Under the pieces are notes generated by a model that was given only the letters and a program-made list of their open reading frames with translations, did no database searches and was not told the origin of the DNA. This document shows positions 1 to 13,058 of a stretch of DNA of 64,000 nt, piece by piece; the first letter of the stretch is position 1; every line of letters starts with the position of its first letter. This DNA comes from Elusimicrobiota bacterium (GTDB lineage: Bacteria; Elusimicrobiota; Elusimicrobia; FEN-1173). The stretch is taken from NCBI GenBank assembly GCA_016714745.1, contig JADKCG010000001.1, positions 129,236-193,235 of the forward strand. The letters are read 5' to 3'. The position numbers and the translations under genes were made by a program.

Positions 1-499
1 AATGCGCTCCACTGGGGAAGTTATGGGTATTGACGTGGATTATGGCACGGCCTTCGGGAAATCCCAAGCGGCCGCCGGCGGCGCTTTGCCGAAAAAGGGA
101 ACGATTCTCTTTAGCCTGCGAATTCGGGACCGGGCCCAAGCCCTCCCCATCGCCCGCGCCTTCGAGAAAATGGGATACGGTTTAATGGGTACCGAAGGAA
201 CGGCGGTCTATTTACGGGAGAACGGTTTGAACATTCAGTCCGTCAAAAAAATTGCGGAAGGCAGACCCAACGTGCTGGACGTCATCAAAAATCGGGAAGT
301 GGTGCTGGTGCTCAACACGCCGGAAGGCCACCGTTCTCGTTCCGACGGGTTCCATATCCGCCGCACCGCCCTTCTTTCCAATGTTCCTATCATCACCACC
401 CACGCCGCCGCCCGTGCTGTGGTCGAGGGTTTGCAACAATCCAGAGAACGCCGCTGGGAAGCCCGTTCCCTTCAAGACCTCTACAAGTCTGGGGTGTAG
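1..499 (+). CDS. carB: carbamoyl-phosphate synthase large subunit, C-terminal MGS-like domain (5' end outside window)
   Basis: ORF 2..499 ends with the CarB MGS-like allosteric domain (…GTILFSLRIRDRAQALPIARAFEKMGYGLMGTEGTAVYL…PIITTHAAARAVVEGL). The window begins inside the gene. Confidence 0.8.
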   Translation, partial: MRSTGEVMGIDVDYGTAFGKSQAAAGGALPKKGTILFSLRIRDRAQALPIARAFEKMGYGLMGTEGTAVYLRENGLNIQSVKKIAEGRPNVLDVIKNREVVLVLNTPEGHRSRSDGFHIRRTALLSNVPIITTHAAARAVVEGLQQSRERRWEARSLQDLYKSGV

Positions 500-1309
500 T
501 TACTTCAGAGCCTTTCCGTAGCTTCTACGGATCAGGCGATCGGCGAGAGAGGGAAAGAGGGTGCTGAACCAAATTCCCGGGCGGTTCCACCAGGGGACGT
601 GAATTTCTGTGTTTTTTCCTTCCACGGCTTTCACAACCGCTCGTGCGGCGCGCTCGGCGGACACCCGGGAGCGTTCGTGGGAAGGATACGTAGGGGGAAG
701 TCGGGACCGGTCAAGATTCGCCGGCATTTCGGTTTCTGTGCCTCCGGGAAGAACCAGGCTCATGGTAATTCCCTTCGGGGCCAACTCCATCCGTAACCCT
801 TCCGTCAATCCCAACAACGCAAACTTGCTCGCCGCGTAGGCGGCCATGAAGGGCAAGCCGCGCCGGCTGACCCCGGACCCCACCTGCACGATATGTCCCC
901 CGCCTTGTTTTTCCATCACGGGAATGGCCGCCCGCACCGTTTCAATCGTCGCCCAAAAGTTCGTCTCAAAAATTTCACGCATTTCGTCAACGGGCATGTC
1001 CATAAACGGAGACATGCGCAGAATCCCCGCGTTGTTCACCAAAACGTCCAACCGTCCGAAATGGGCCACCGTGCTCAACACCACCGCCCGGGCCTGGTCC
1101 GGCTGTGAAATGTCCGCCGGCAAAACGAGGGGGGGGCGTTCGCCCCGGGGACATTCGTCCCCTTTTTCAAAGCCGTTGGCCAGGGTGTCCAAGCGGGCCT
1201 TTCGGCGGGCGGTAACAGCCAGTCTCCAGCCACGGGCGGCGAGGAGCTTGGCGGTTTCCCAGCCGATGCCCGAGGAGGCGCCGGTAATAAGCGCAACCTT
1301 AGGAATCAT
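500..1309 (-). CDS. short-chain dehydrogenase/reductase (SDR) family oxidoreductase
   Basis: TGxxxGIG Rossmann motif (KVALITGASSGIGWETA) and NNAG plus the YxxxK catalytic motif (AYAASK). The likely start is the ATG at 1309 (MIPKV), not the longer ORF start that overlaps nadE. Confidence 0.7.
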   Translation of the reverse strand: MIPKVALITGASSGIGWETAKLLAARGWRLAVTARRKARLDTLANGFEKGDECPRGERPPLVLPADISQPDQARAVVLSTVAHFGRLDVLVNNAGILRMSPFMDMPVDEMREIFETNFWATIETVRAAIPVMEKQGGGHIVQVGSGVSRRGLPFMAAYAASKFALLGLTEGLRMELAPKGITMSLVLPGGTETEMPANLDRSRLPPTYPSHERSRVSAERAARAVVKAVEGKNTEIHVPWWNRPGIWFSTLFPSLADRLIRRSYGKALK

Positions 1310-2998
1310 ACGGCCGGAACCGGTTGGTGATGGGCATCCGCCGGTCGCGGCCAAACGCGCGGGGGGTGATTTTGACGCCCAAAGGCGCTTGGCGGCGCTT
1401 GAACTCCATCTCATCGATGGTGCGAAGCGTTTTCGCCGCAACGCCGGGTTCAATGCCGTCTTTAATGATTTCGGCCAAGCCGTGGTTTTCTTCCACGTGG
1501 TGGGCAATGATGGCATCTAAAATGTCGTAGGGCGGAAGCGTGTCTTGATCTTTTTGGTGGCGACGCAATTCGGCCGTGGGGGCGCGGGTGATCGTTGATT
1601 CAGGAATCACGGGGCGTTTGTCCCGTTTGTTCCGCCACCGGGCCAGATCGTAAACGAGGGTTTTGGGAATATCTTTGATCACGGCGAACCCGCCCACCGA
1701 ATCGCCGTAAAGGGTGAAATAGCCGGCGGAAAGTTCCGATTTGTTCCCCGTGGTCAGCACCAGCCAGCCGAATTTGTTGGAGAGGGCCATCAGAAGTGTG
1801 CCCCGCACACGGGACTGTAAATTTTCTTCCGTCACATCCACCGCCCGCCCCGCGAAGAGGGGGGCCAAGGTTTTTAGGTAAGACTGGACTGTTTCTTCAA
1901 TCCCAATGGTCAGAAAGTCGATCCCCAGATTTTTGGCCACAAGTTCCGCGTCGGCTTTGGTCTCCGTGGAATTGAAGCGCGAGGGAAGCGTCACGCCCAC
2001 CACGTTCTCTTTGCCCAGTGCGTCCACGGCAATCGTGGCCACCAAAGCGGAATCGATCCCGCCGGAAAGACCAATGACGACTTTCCCAAAACCGTTTTTC
2101 TGAACATAGTCCCGCGTGCCCAGTGTGAGGGCGGCGTAAATTTCATTTTCCCGAGAGAGAGAACCGTTATTTGTGGGAGCGGGAGTTCTTTTTTGAGAGC
2201 GGGGACCGTTATGGATGTTTCGGCGGCGCGGCCGCGCGCTATCGGCAAGTCCATGTCGACAATGAGAAGTGTCTCCTCAAACATGGGGGCTTGGGCGATG
2301 ACGTTCCCCCTTCGGTCCATCACAAGACTTCCCCCGTCATACACCAATTCGTCCTGGCCGCCGACCATATTGCAATAGGCGATGGCCGACCCGCATTCGC
2401 GGGTCTTTTTTCGAAGGATTTCCAGCCGCTCTTTTATTTTGCCCGCGTGGTAGGGGCTGGCGGATAGGTTGAGAATGACGGAAGCGCCCTGTTCGGCGGC
2501 CGTGAGCGCCGGGCCTTTGGGCCGCCAAACATCTTCACAGATCGAGAACCCGATTCGAACGCCGTTGAGGTCCAACACCGCCGGTTTTTCGCCTTCGGAA
2601 AAATAACGTCGTTCGTCAAAGACCCCGTAGTTGGGTAAAAACCACTTATGAAACGATTGGCGAAACCGGCCGCCAGAGAGGACAAAGGCTCCGTTGTAAA
2701 GGGCATGGCCCTTCTTGGTGGGGGACCCGACCACCACCACGATGTCTTTTGGGACGGAGCGAAGAAGGGCGCGGAGGGATTTTCCCGTTTTGGCAAGGAA
2801 GAGCGGTTCAAAAAGTAAATCTTCGGGCGGATACCCCGTCAGTGCCATTTCGGGGAACAGGACCAGGTCGGCTCCTTTTTCCCGGGCTTGCCGACTGAAC
2901 GACACAATGCGGGCCGCGTTCCCATCGAGATCCCCAACGGTGGGGTTAATTTGGGCGAGCGCGGAGTCGGGGTGCGCGGCGGCCACAGGCGCAGTCAT
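1299..2998 (-). CDS. nadE: glutamine-dependent NAD+ synthetase (CN-hydrolase + NAD synthetase domains), frame-broken near 2100-2200
   Basis: N-terminal nitrilase/CN-hydrolase domain in the frame of ORF 1991..3742 (LVLFPEMALTGYPPEDL…FSICEDVW). The NAD-synthetase domain is in a different frame (ORF 1299..2045; EIYAALTLGTRDYVQKNGFGKVVIGLSGGIDS found by re-translation). One indel lies between the domains. Confidence 0.75.
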
Positions 2999-4225
2999 CT
3001 CCTGCCCCAGATCCTCGGCCAACAAAAGGGCTTCGGCGATTTCTTTCATGGATTTTCGACGGTCCATGCTCTGTTTTTGGATTTCGCGGAAAGCTTCGGG
3101 TTCCGAAAGTCCTCGTTTTTTCATGAGCGCGCCCTTGGCCCGTTCCACGAGCTTCCGTGTCTCCAGCGCTTCCTGAGCAGAAAGCTTTTCTTGAAGAAGC
3201 CGTGTTTGCATAATGGCCGAGGCACATTGGTTGGCCACCGATTGCAGAACCGAAATATCTTCCTTTGAGAAGTCGTATTCCTGGGCAGAGTAGGTGTTGA
3301 TAACGCCCAACACCTTTTCTTTGAACATCATGGGCAGGGACAGCAGGGAGACCAGTCCTTCGGACACCGCGATGTCGGGATAAGAAAACCGTTTATCTTT
3401 CCGCACATCGGCCACGACGATCGGTTTTTTCTCCAACACCGCCCGGCCGGACAAGCTTTGGTCCACGGGAACCGGCGGTTTGTTGCGGTAGGCGTCCGAC
3501 AGCGACTGGGTGGCCGCGATGCGGAGCTGACGTTTTTCTTCGTCCAACAACATCACCGAACAAATCTTCGAGCCCAAAAGCGACGCTGTCATGGCCACAA
3601 TCAATTGGAGAATTTCGTCCATGAACCGATCGGAAGTGACGGTCCGACTCACGGCGGAGAGGGTTTGGATCGCGTCGGCTTTTCGCCGGGTTTCTTCGTA
3701 GAGCCGAGCGTTTTTCAATGGCGCCGCCCACCTGCCGGGCAATGGTCGTCAATAGTTTTAAGGCATGTTCACTGTAAGCGTAGGATTTTTTGTGTTGGAC
3801 GTTGATGACGCCCACCACCCCGTCTTTCACCAATATCGGAACGGAAAGGAACGCCTCGAACTTGTCTTCCGGCAGGTTGTGGAAAAACTTAAACCGATGG
3901 TCTTCATGGGCTTTTCCGGGATGGAGAGGGGTTTTTTGTGTTCCGCGACCCAGCCGGTCAATCCTTCTCCCATGCGCAATCGCAGTTGGTCGATCTCTCC
4001 TGGGTGGGGCGGTTTTGACGCCGACAACACCAGGCTTCGATGCGACGGCTCATGCAGGTAAATGAAACACGCGTCCGCCTTGGTCAACCCGCTGACCAGG
4101 GCAACAATTTCCTGCAAGATGGTGCGCAGGTCAAGGGTGGATCCAATAATGTGCGTGATGCGATGCAATAAATCCAATTCTTCGGTAGTGGAAAGAGAAC
4201 GCGGAACAGTTTTGGCGCGAGGCAT
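2999..4225 (-). CDS. GAF-GAF-ANTAR RNA-binding antiterminator-type regulator (two homopolymer frameshifts; no stop before nadE in the present frame)
   Basis: GAF domain 1 (ORF 3827..4225), continuation in a second frame (KFFHNLPEDKFEAFLSVPILVKDGVVGVINVQ), GAF domain 2 and an ANTAR motif (ETRKLVERAKGALMKKRGLSEPEAFREIQKQSMDRRKSMKEIAEALL) in a third frame. An AGGAG sits 8 nt before the ATG at 4225. Confidence 0.6.
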
Positions 4226-4262
4226 GGCATACTCCTAAAGTGGAACCTGAGACGTGACTTTA

Positions 4263-5441
4263 TCACCTTTCCCTTAGAGCGTCAAACACGAGGCGGCATT
4301 GCCGTTGATCCGCACCAATAACCTGAACTTCCGAGTTGGACCTGGCGGATACTTCTTTTCCGGTTTCGATTGAGTGACGAATCTGATCGGTGCCGCAGAG
4401 AATGTCCATGGGTTTCTTTTTAGTTTCGTATTCGTAGGGAGGGTTTTTCCATTGAAATTTTGGGGAGAGTTGTCGAACGGTTTGGATCAGGCTCAGCCCT
4501 GTTCGGAAGGATTGGAATCGGGCAGGGTCCGTGACATGAAGTTGTACTCCGCCGCAAAGTTGGCCGGCCCATTTGTTGAACGTGGGCCGAAAATGGAGCG
4601 GTCGAAATTGAACTCCCGGAATTTTTTGCGACGTTAGTCTATGGGCCAGTGTTCCGCTCTCAATAAAAGGCGCGCCCACAATTTCAAAGGGCCGCGTGGT
4701 TCCCCTTCCTTCCGAAAGGTTGGTGGCTTCCAAAAGGCACATGCCGCCGTAGACGGTTGCGGTGTCCAACGTGGGCATGTTCGGAGAGGGAAGGACCCAA
4801 GGCAGACCCGTTTCGTTGAATCGCATGGACCGGCGCCAACCGGTCATGGGGACCACATGTAAGTCGGCGCGCCAATGTTGTGTTCGATTGAAATGGCGGG
4901 CCAACTCAGCTGTTGTCATGCCGTGAAGAACCGGAAGGGGAAGCAATCCGACGAAGGAAGCAAAGGCGGGGTCGGGCAGGTTGCCTTCCATCTTTTCTCC
5001 GCCCAGGGGGTTCGGTCGGTCGAGAACGATAACGGGTTTTCCTGCTTCGGCGCAGGCTTTCATCGCGAGAGCCATGGTCCAGATAAACGTGTAGTAGCGA
5101 ACTCCGATGTCTTGCAAGTCAAAGATCACCGCGTCGACTTTGGCCAAGGCGGATGGGGTGGGGGAAAGCGTTTTTCCGTAAAGACTAAAGAGGGGAAGGG
5201 CGGTTTTCGGATCTTTCGCCCCGGGGACCGGGCATTGGTCTTGCAGGTCAGCGTTGAGACCGTGTTCTGGCGCGAAAATCGCGGTAATACGAAACCCTGT
5301 TCGCCGCAGAGCGTCCACGGCGTGTTCCAGTCGGTTCGTGACGGAGGCGCCGTGAACGATGAGCCCCAAACGCCGCTTTTTCCAGGGACGGCCCAAAGGC
5401 CCTAAAAACCGATCGAGACCACAACGTACGGTTCTGTTCAT
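4263..5441 (-). CDS. DUF1343 family protein (NamZ-like exo-beta-N-acetylmuramidase family)
   Basis: Full-length 392-aa ORF with a conserved DUF1343 architecture. Confidence 0.65.
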   Translation of the reverse strand: MNRTVRCGLDRFLGPLGRPWKKRRLGLIVHGASVTNRLEHAVDALRRTGFRITAIFAPEHGLNADLQDQCPVPGAKDPKTALPLFSLYGKTLSPTPSALAKVDAVIFDLQDIGVRYYTFIWTMALAMKACAEAGKPVIVLDRPNPLGGEKMEGNLPDPAFASFVGLLPLPVLHGMTTAELARHFNRTQHWRADLHVVPMTGWRRSMRFNETGLPWVLPSPNMPTLDTATVYGGMCLLEATNLSEGRGTTRPFEIVGAPFIESGTLAHRLTSQKIPGVQFRPLHFRPTFNKWAGQLCGGVQLHVTDPARFQSFRTGLSLIQTVRQLSPKFQWKNPPYEYETKKKPMDILCGTDQIRHSIETGKEVSARSNSEVQVIGADQRQCRLVFDALRER

Positions 5442-5460
5442 TTGCCGTTAGAAAGAAAAC

Positions 5461-6290
5461 TCATGCCGAAAATATTTCAGGGTCGGTCATTGACCTTTGT
5501 CGACGTGCTTCCATTAATAGAATGCCCGCCGCCACGGCCACGTTAAGGGATTCGACTCTGCCTTCCATGGGGATTTTGATCCGCTCAACGGCGAGATCCC
5601 CTAAAGTTTTTGGGTCCACCCCCCTGGATTCGCCCCCCAAAATGAGCACGCAGGGGAGGGTCCAGTTCCATTCGCTGTAGGTGCGCGGACCGGTGGCATC
5701 CGCTACCAGCAACGAAGGGAGGTCTTCATGGTCGTCAGAATGGATTGGACCGATGGAGCGCGGAAAAGGGGCATTCGGAAAGCGCTCCCAGCGGACGCGC
5801 GAAGGGCTTTGGATGAAAGGGGGTCGGCTGTCCCGGGCAGGACACCAACGGCGTTTACCCCGGCCGCTTCCGCCGACCGAACAATCGCTCCCACATTGGC
5901 GGGGGACTGAAGAACGTCCAAAAGAACGATCAAGGGAGTTGGCGTGCCCAGTCCGTTGAGATGAGTGAGGGGGAAAGGTTCGGGTCTGTCCGCTCGAATC
6001 GCGATCCCCGGCGATGTTTCCAAATCAGAGAGGAAGTCCATGACCGAGGGGGACACCGTATACAGGGCGGCGCCCCGTTCTTTGAGGTCCTCCAGAAGAG
6101 GGGCCACCCGATTGTCCGCCGCAATCGCGGGTGTGACCGCCACCTCCCGCGGGGTGAGGGGGGAATCTAAAAACTCTTCCACCAGTCGGCGGCCTTCCAC
6201 CAAAATCGAACGATGGTCTCGGCCGTCACGAGCCTCTCTGAAACGGGCGATCACGGGGTGGGACCGAGAACCGATGGTGGGAATGGACAC
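5461..6290 (-). CDS. SpoU/TrmH-family RNA 2'-O-methyltransferase (frameshift near 5705)
   Basis: N-terminal part in ORF 5703..6290 (…DVLQSPANVGAIVRSAEAAGVNAV). The C-terminal SpoU knot is in ORF 5461..5712 (LILGGESRGV…IPMEGRVESLNVAVAAGILL). Confidence 0.65.
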
Positions 6291-6293
6291 CGG

Positions 6294-7406
6294 TTACTCT
6301 GTGGGAAGTTTCCGTTCTGTGCGGGCCAACTGTTCGCCGTATATCTTCGCGAACGCCAGCACGCTCGCGACGGTCAGGGGGCCCACCAAGAGCCCGATGG
6401 GGCCATAGGCCTGGAGACCGCCCAGGGTTCCGAAGAAGAGAAAGACGATGGGCAGTTTGGCTTTTTCACCGATAATGAAGGGGCGAAGGAAATTGTCGAC
6501 CATGCTGACGACAAGCCCGCCCCAGATCAAAATCCCAATTCCCTGCACCGCCCATCCTTTCAAGAAGAGATAGACTCCAATGGGAAGCCAAATGGCCGCC
6601 GCGCCAACAAACGGAATAAGCGCCATAAACGCTGTGGCAAACCCCAAAACGACCGAAAACCTTACCCCCGCCACAGCGAACCCGATTCCCGCCAGCAGGC
6701 CCTGGACCGACGCGGTCACGAACATGCCACGGACCACGGCCGTGAGAGTTTGGTTTAACCGTCCTAAGATGTGGGTTTTGTAGGCGGTTTCCATGGGAAT
6801 AAGGCCCATTACTTTCTCGGCAAGACGTGTCCGTCCCGGAAGATGAAAAAAGTGTGAAAATCATGATGACCGTTTGAAAGATGAGGAGGAAAACGTTTTT
6901 GACAACGGCGGCTCCCACAGTGGAAACCTTGCGACCCATCGTTTCAGCGGTGCGGAGAATCGTGACGCGGGGGTTGACCCCCGCGTCAAGTAAAATGTCC
7001 TGCGAACGGGCCCAGATCTTTTTGACGGGCGCGGGAAGCCGGTTGAGGATGGCGGCGTCGGGGTCCAGTCGAACTTCCCGCACCTGATCTTGAGCCCAGG
7101 GGTATAACGCGGCCGCTTGTCGACCGAGCAGGGTCAAAAAGAAAGCGGCCGGAACAATGACGATTAAAAAAAGCGCGGTGACGCTCAATCCCGCCGCGAG
7201 GTTTGACCGCCCTTTCGTCCAACGCAGGAACTTGGCGTGCACCGGGTAGAACACCAAGGCCAGAGTGATGGCCACCAAAATTCCTTCCAAAAACGGCGAC
7301 ACGATGCGAAGCAGTTGATATAAAAGAAAGCCAAAACTCCCGAAAAAAAAGATCCGAAACAATACCGGGCGGGATTCCATTCGCCGTTCGGGGAAATTGC
7401 CAGGAT

Positions 7407-7425
<19 letters not shown>
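6294..7425 (-). CDS. AI-2E family (PerM-like) transporter (frameshifted)
   Basis: Two overlapping minus-strand ORFs (6466..7425 and 6294..6809) together give a multi-TM AI-2E-family protein. Confidence 0.6.
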
Positions 7426-9471
<2,046 letters not shown>

Positions 9472-9555
9472 TGAATAATATTATATCAAACAGACGGCCT
9501 TTTTACGGTCATTATGTTGCAAGAGGATGGATAAAGAATTTGACTTGTTTCAGGG

Positions 9556-9584
9556 GCTTGACAGGGGAAGGGATTGAACGCATA
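9556..9584 (+). promoter_or_regulatory. candidate sigma70-type promoter (TTGACA-N17-CATATT) upstream of the acyltransferase gene
   Basis: TTGACA at 9556-9561 and CATATT 17 nt downstream. GGGAGGGG precedes the ATG at 9600. Confidence 0.2.
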
Positions 9585-9599
9585 TTACGGTGGGAGGGG

Positions 9600-10549
9600 A
9601 TGAATCCTCTCTTCGGGACGGGGACAAACCTTATGATTACCTTTGGGGATTTTAAATTTGTGGTGGCGACGACCCCTGAGTTGTTGGAAGGGGTCTTTCG
9701 GCTCCGTTACCAAGTGTATGTGGATGAGTTTGGTTACGAGCACGCCGGGGACCATCCAGAAGGAAAGGAAATGGATGAGTGGGACCCTTTCTCTATCCAT
9801 ATGGCGGCCTTGAACCCTGAAGGCGACGTTGTGGGGACCATTCGGTTGGTTCTTAACTCAACGAATGGGTTGCCCACCTTGAACGTGGTCGTTCCTTTTA
9901 TCAAGATCAGAATCCCCAATCGAGGCACATTGGAGAAGTGTCCCGATTGGCGGTGGCGCGCGTCTTTCCGTCGACGGGTGGAAGACGGGTTTCAAGGAGT
10001 CGGAGTTAGCCTCGCCCAAGTCAAGCATTGCTTTCCACAGCCAGAGAAAGGAATTCCCAGCCAGGAGCGTCGCAAACGATTTTGCTGTGGTCTTGGGGCT
10101 ATTTAAAATCATTACCATGAGCAAACGGATGGATCTAAAGACTGGTATATGGTGGCGGAAAAACAGTTGTGTATCTGAAACGATACCACATCCTTTTAAC
10201 GCCATTGGGCCAGAAATGGATTACCACGGAAACCGTATCCCTTACCTGGGGCACATCCAGGACATTGAAAGCCATGATGATGAAAGTGAGCTCGTCGTTG
10301 GCGGATTCTTTTCAGGAAGGATTGGAGATTAAAAAGCCGATCGTTCCACCGATCGACGAGGCATTACCTCCCCCTGAGCCTGAACCCGTCCATCCGCCCA
10401 CGTCCTATTTTATTCGACCGGAGAAATCGGAGACGGCTCCTGTGACGCTTCCCTTTTCAGAAGAAGAAACGGAACGGAAAGCCCGCGCGGCCGCGGAGGT
10501 CGTGGCGGAAATCGTTTGGCCCCACCGTATCCCCAGACGTCAAGCATGA
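9600..10549 (+). CDS. GNAT-fold N-acyl amino acid synthase-like acyltransferase (at least 3 frameshifts)
   Basis: FVVATTPELLEGVFRLRYQVYVDEFGYEH is the family N-terminal signature. The continuation is scattered over three frames (HIGEVSRLAVARVF; LGLFKIITMSKRMDL; FNAIGPEMDYHGNRIPYLGHIQDIESH). Confidence 0.5.
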
Positions 10550-10550
10550 G

Positions 10551-11487
10551 TCAGGGGTGTTCCGCCAACCAACGTTCGGCTTGGATGGCGGCCATGCACC
10601 CCTGGCCGGCGGCAGTAATTGCTTGGCGGTACGTGTGGTCCACGCAGTCTCCCGCGGCAAAAACACCTTCGATGTTGGTGCGGGTGTTTCCGTCGGTTTT
10701 TAAATAGCCCACGTCGTCCAGGTTCAAAATCCCCTTAAAAAGTCCGGTGTTTGGTTCATGTCCAATGGCGAGGAAAAGTCCCGCCGCGGACAGAGGTTCG
10801 ATGGCCCCGGTTTTGACGTTTTTTAATTTCAACTGTTCGAGGGTTTTGTCTCCGCTCGAGTCCTCGAGCGTGTAGGGCGTTTTGATCGTGATTTTGGGGT
10901 TCGCCTTCACGCGTTCAAGCATGACGCGGGAGGACCGGAACTCGTCCCGCCGATGAATCAGAATGACCTGGGAGCCGAACCGGGTCAAATACAAAGCCTC
11001 TTCCATGGCCGTGTCGCCGCCGCCAATGACGGCGATGGGTTTGTTGCGGAAAGAGGGAGCGCGCCGTCGCAGGTGGCGCAGGCGGAAATACCTCGGTTCC
11101 AAAATTTGGCTTCGCCTCGTTGTGGAGTCGTTTGGCCGTGGCACCGGTGGCGATGATCACGGCTTTGGCGAAATACTCCGCTTCGTCCGTCACAATCTTA
11201 AAAGGGCGTTTGGAAAAATCGACGGAGTCGACGTCCTTGTCTAATACTTCCGCGCCAAACCGTTCTGCCTGTTTGCGCATGCGGTTCATGAGTTCGGGCC
11301 CCATGATGCCGTCAGGAAAGCCCGGAAAATTTTCCACCTCGCTCGTGGTCATCAACTGTCCGCCGGACTGGCCTCCCTTCATAAATCCGCCCAAAACAAG
11401 CGGTTTTAAATCCGCCCGAGACGCATATAAGGCCGCCGTATAGCCGGCAGGCCCGGAACCGATAATGATAACGTTGTGTGCATTCAT
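10551..11487 (-). CDS. trxB: thioredoxin-disulfide reductase (frameshift near 11100)
   Basis: [25 protein letters not shown] (FAD GxGxxG motif) from the ATG at 11487, with GAGGGG 8 nt upstream. The C-terminal half is in ORF 10551..11144 ([17 protein letters not shown]…[10 protein letters not shown]). Confidence 0.75.
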
Positions 11488-12030
11488 GGAATTCCCCTCA
11501 GTAGTTTTCTTGAAACGGAAAGAGTAACGCAACACGTCTCGGATAAGCAGAATACTTACGGGCGTGCCGTCAGGCCTCAACACGGGGACATGCCGGTGGC
11601 CGCCCATGGCCATTTTATTGAGGGCGTAGGCGATGGGGTCTTCGGGGTGCACATAGCTGGGGTCGCGGGTCATGATCTCTGCCACTTTGACCTTGGACAG
11701 ATCGGTGTGGACGCCCGCCACCCGCAGAAGCAAATCCCGGTTCGAGAGGATCCCCACCATTTTTTGGTTCTGATACACCAAGACACAGCCTTTTTTTCCT
11801 TCTGGAAAATTTTGACAATTTTTCTCGATGGAATCGTCGGGGCTGCACACCAGCAAATCGAGGCCTGTCAGCAGTTCCGACACCGGTTCGTTCAAAAGGG
11901 CGTCCTGAAATGCGTCGCCCTTCCGCCGAGAAGCGGGAATGTCACGTTTCATCAACGAATGCAAACACTGGGCGCAATGGTCGGCGCCCAAGGGGTATTC
12001 AAAACCGCAAAAAGGGCATGAGTTTTTCAT
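11488..12030 (-). CDS. zinc-ribbon + CBS-pair domain protein (no stop before trxB in the present frame)
   Basis: CPFCGFEY…CAQC zinc ribbon followed by two CBS motifs. A one-base deletion in the AAGAAAACT run would restore a TGA overlapping the trxB ATG (ccATGA). Confidence 0.5.
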
Positions 12031-13058
12031 TGGACCGTCCAGGTGGAATCGTCATAGAGAAGGTTCTTTAAGTTGCCGCGTCCTTCTTTTTTGATCACTG
12101 TTTCAATTTGTTCATTTAAGAGATCATCGTAGGTCGGTTTTTCCACACAACGGAACACGCCGAAGGGAACGGGGAATTCAGGGTAGACCAACTGCGTTAA
12201 CAGGTAGGCGTGGTTGGGCCGGGGGTCCGCCTCGTCATGAATCATAAGGGCCTGCGTATTGGTGGCATCAAAGCCTACTATCTCCGGGTAAAGCCCATTC
12301 AAACGGATCGACTTTTTTTTTGTCGGGCCGGCCAAAAACCAACGGTTTGCCATGTTCCAGGTAACCATGCGGTCTTCGCGCGTGTCGCGCCCGTCACGGG
12401 GCGTGGGTCTTATCGTTAAAAATGATGCAGTTCTGATAAATTTCGATGAAAGAGACGCCCTTGTGCCGCATGGCCCGTTCGAACATGGCGCCCATGTGGC
12501 GGGGGTCGGTGTCGAGCGTGCGGGCGATAAAAGTGGCTTCGGACGCAATGGCCAGGCAGAGCGGGTTGATGGGATGCTCGATGGATCCATAGGGGGAGGA
12601 TTTGGTCACTTTCCCCATGGCCGAGGTGGGGGAATATTGTCCTTTGGTGAGCCCATAAATTTGGTTGTTGACCAGAGGATATTGAAGTTGAGGTTTCGCC
12701 GCATGGCGTGGAGGATGTGGTTTCCTCCAATGGAAAGGCCGTCCCCGTCCCCCGTGATCACCCAAATGGAGAGGTCCTTATTGACACAACGGAGCCCTGT
12801 GGCCACAGTGGGAGCTCGACCATGGATCGTGTGGAACCCATAGGTGTTCATGTAATAGGGAAACCGCGACGAACACCCGATACCGGAAACAAAAACATAG
12901 TTCTCCCGTGGGATATCGAACTTGGCCAGGGTCTGCTGGACAGTTCCTAAAATCGAATAATCGCCGCACCCCGGGCACCAGCGCACTTCCGCGCCCGAAA
13001 CAAAATCGTTCTTGGTGTATTTCGGTCGCGACGCGCCAACGGGTAAGTTGACTTCCAT
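12027..13058 (-). CDS. korB: 2-oxoglutarate:ferredoxin oxidoreductase beta subunit (TPP-binding), two frameshifts
   Basis: [11 protein letters not shown] and [12 protein letters not shown] (ORF 12606..13058), [11 protein letters not shown] (ORF 12394..12765), and the C-terminal part in ORF 12027..12590. Confidence 0.7.

Noticed and set aside
846-1520. 224-aa plus-strand ORF
   Set aside because: Antisense to the SDR gene.
2996-3000. apparent GAF-ANTAR::NadE translational fusion
   Set aside because: The junction sits beside a G4 run. Removing one base puts a TGA overlapping the nadE ATG, so this is more likely an indel artefact than a fusion protein.
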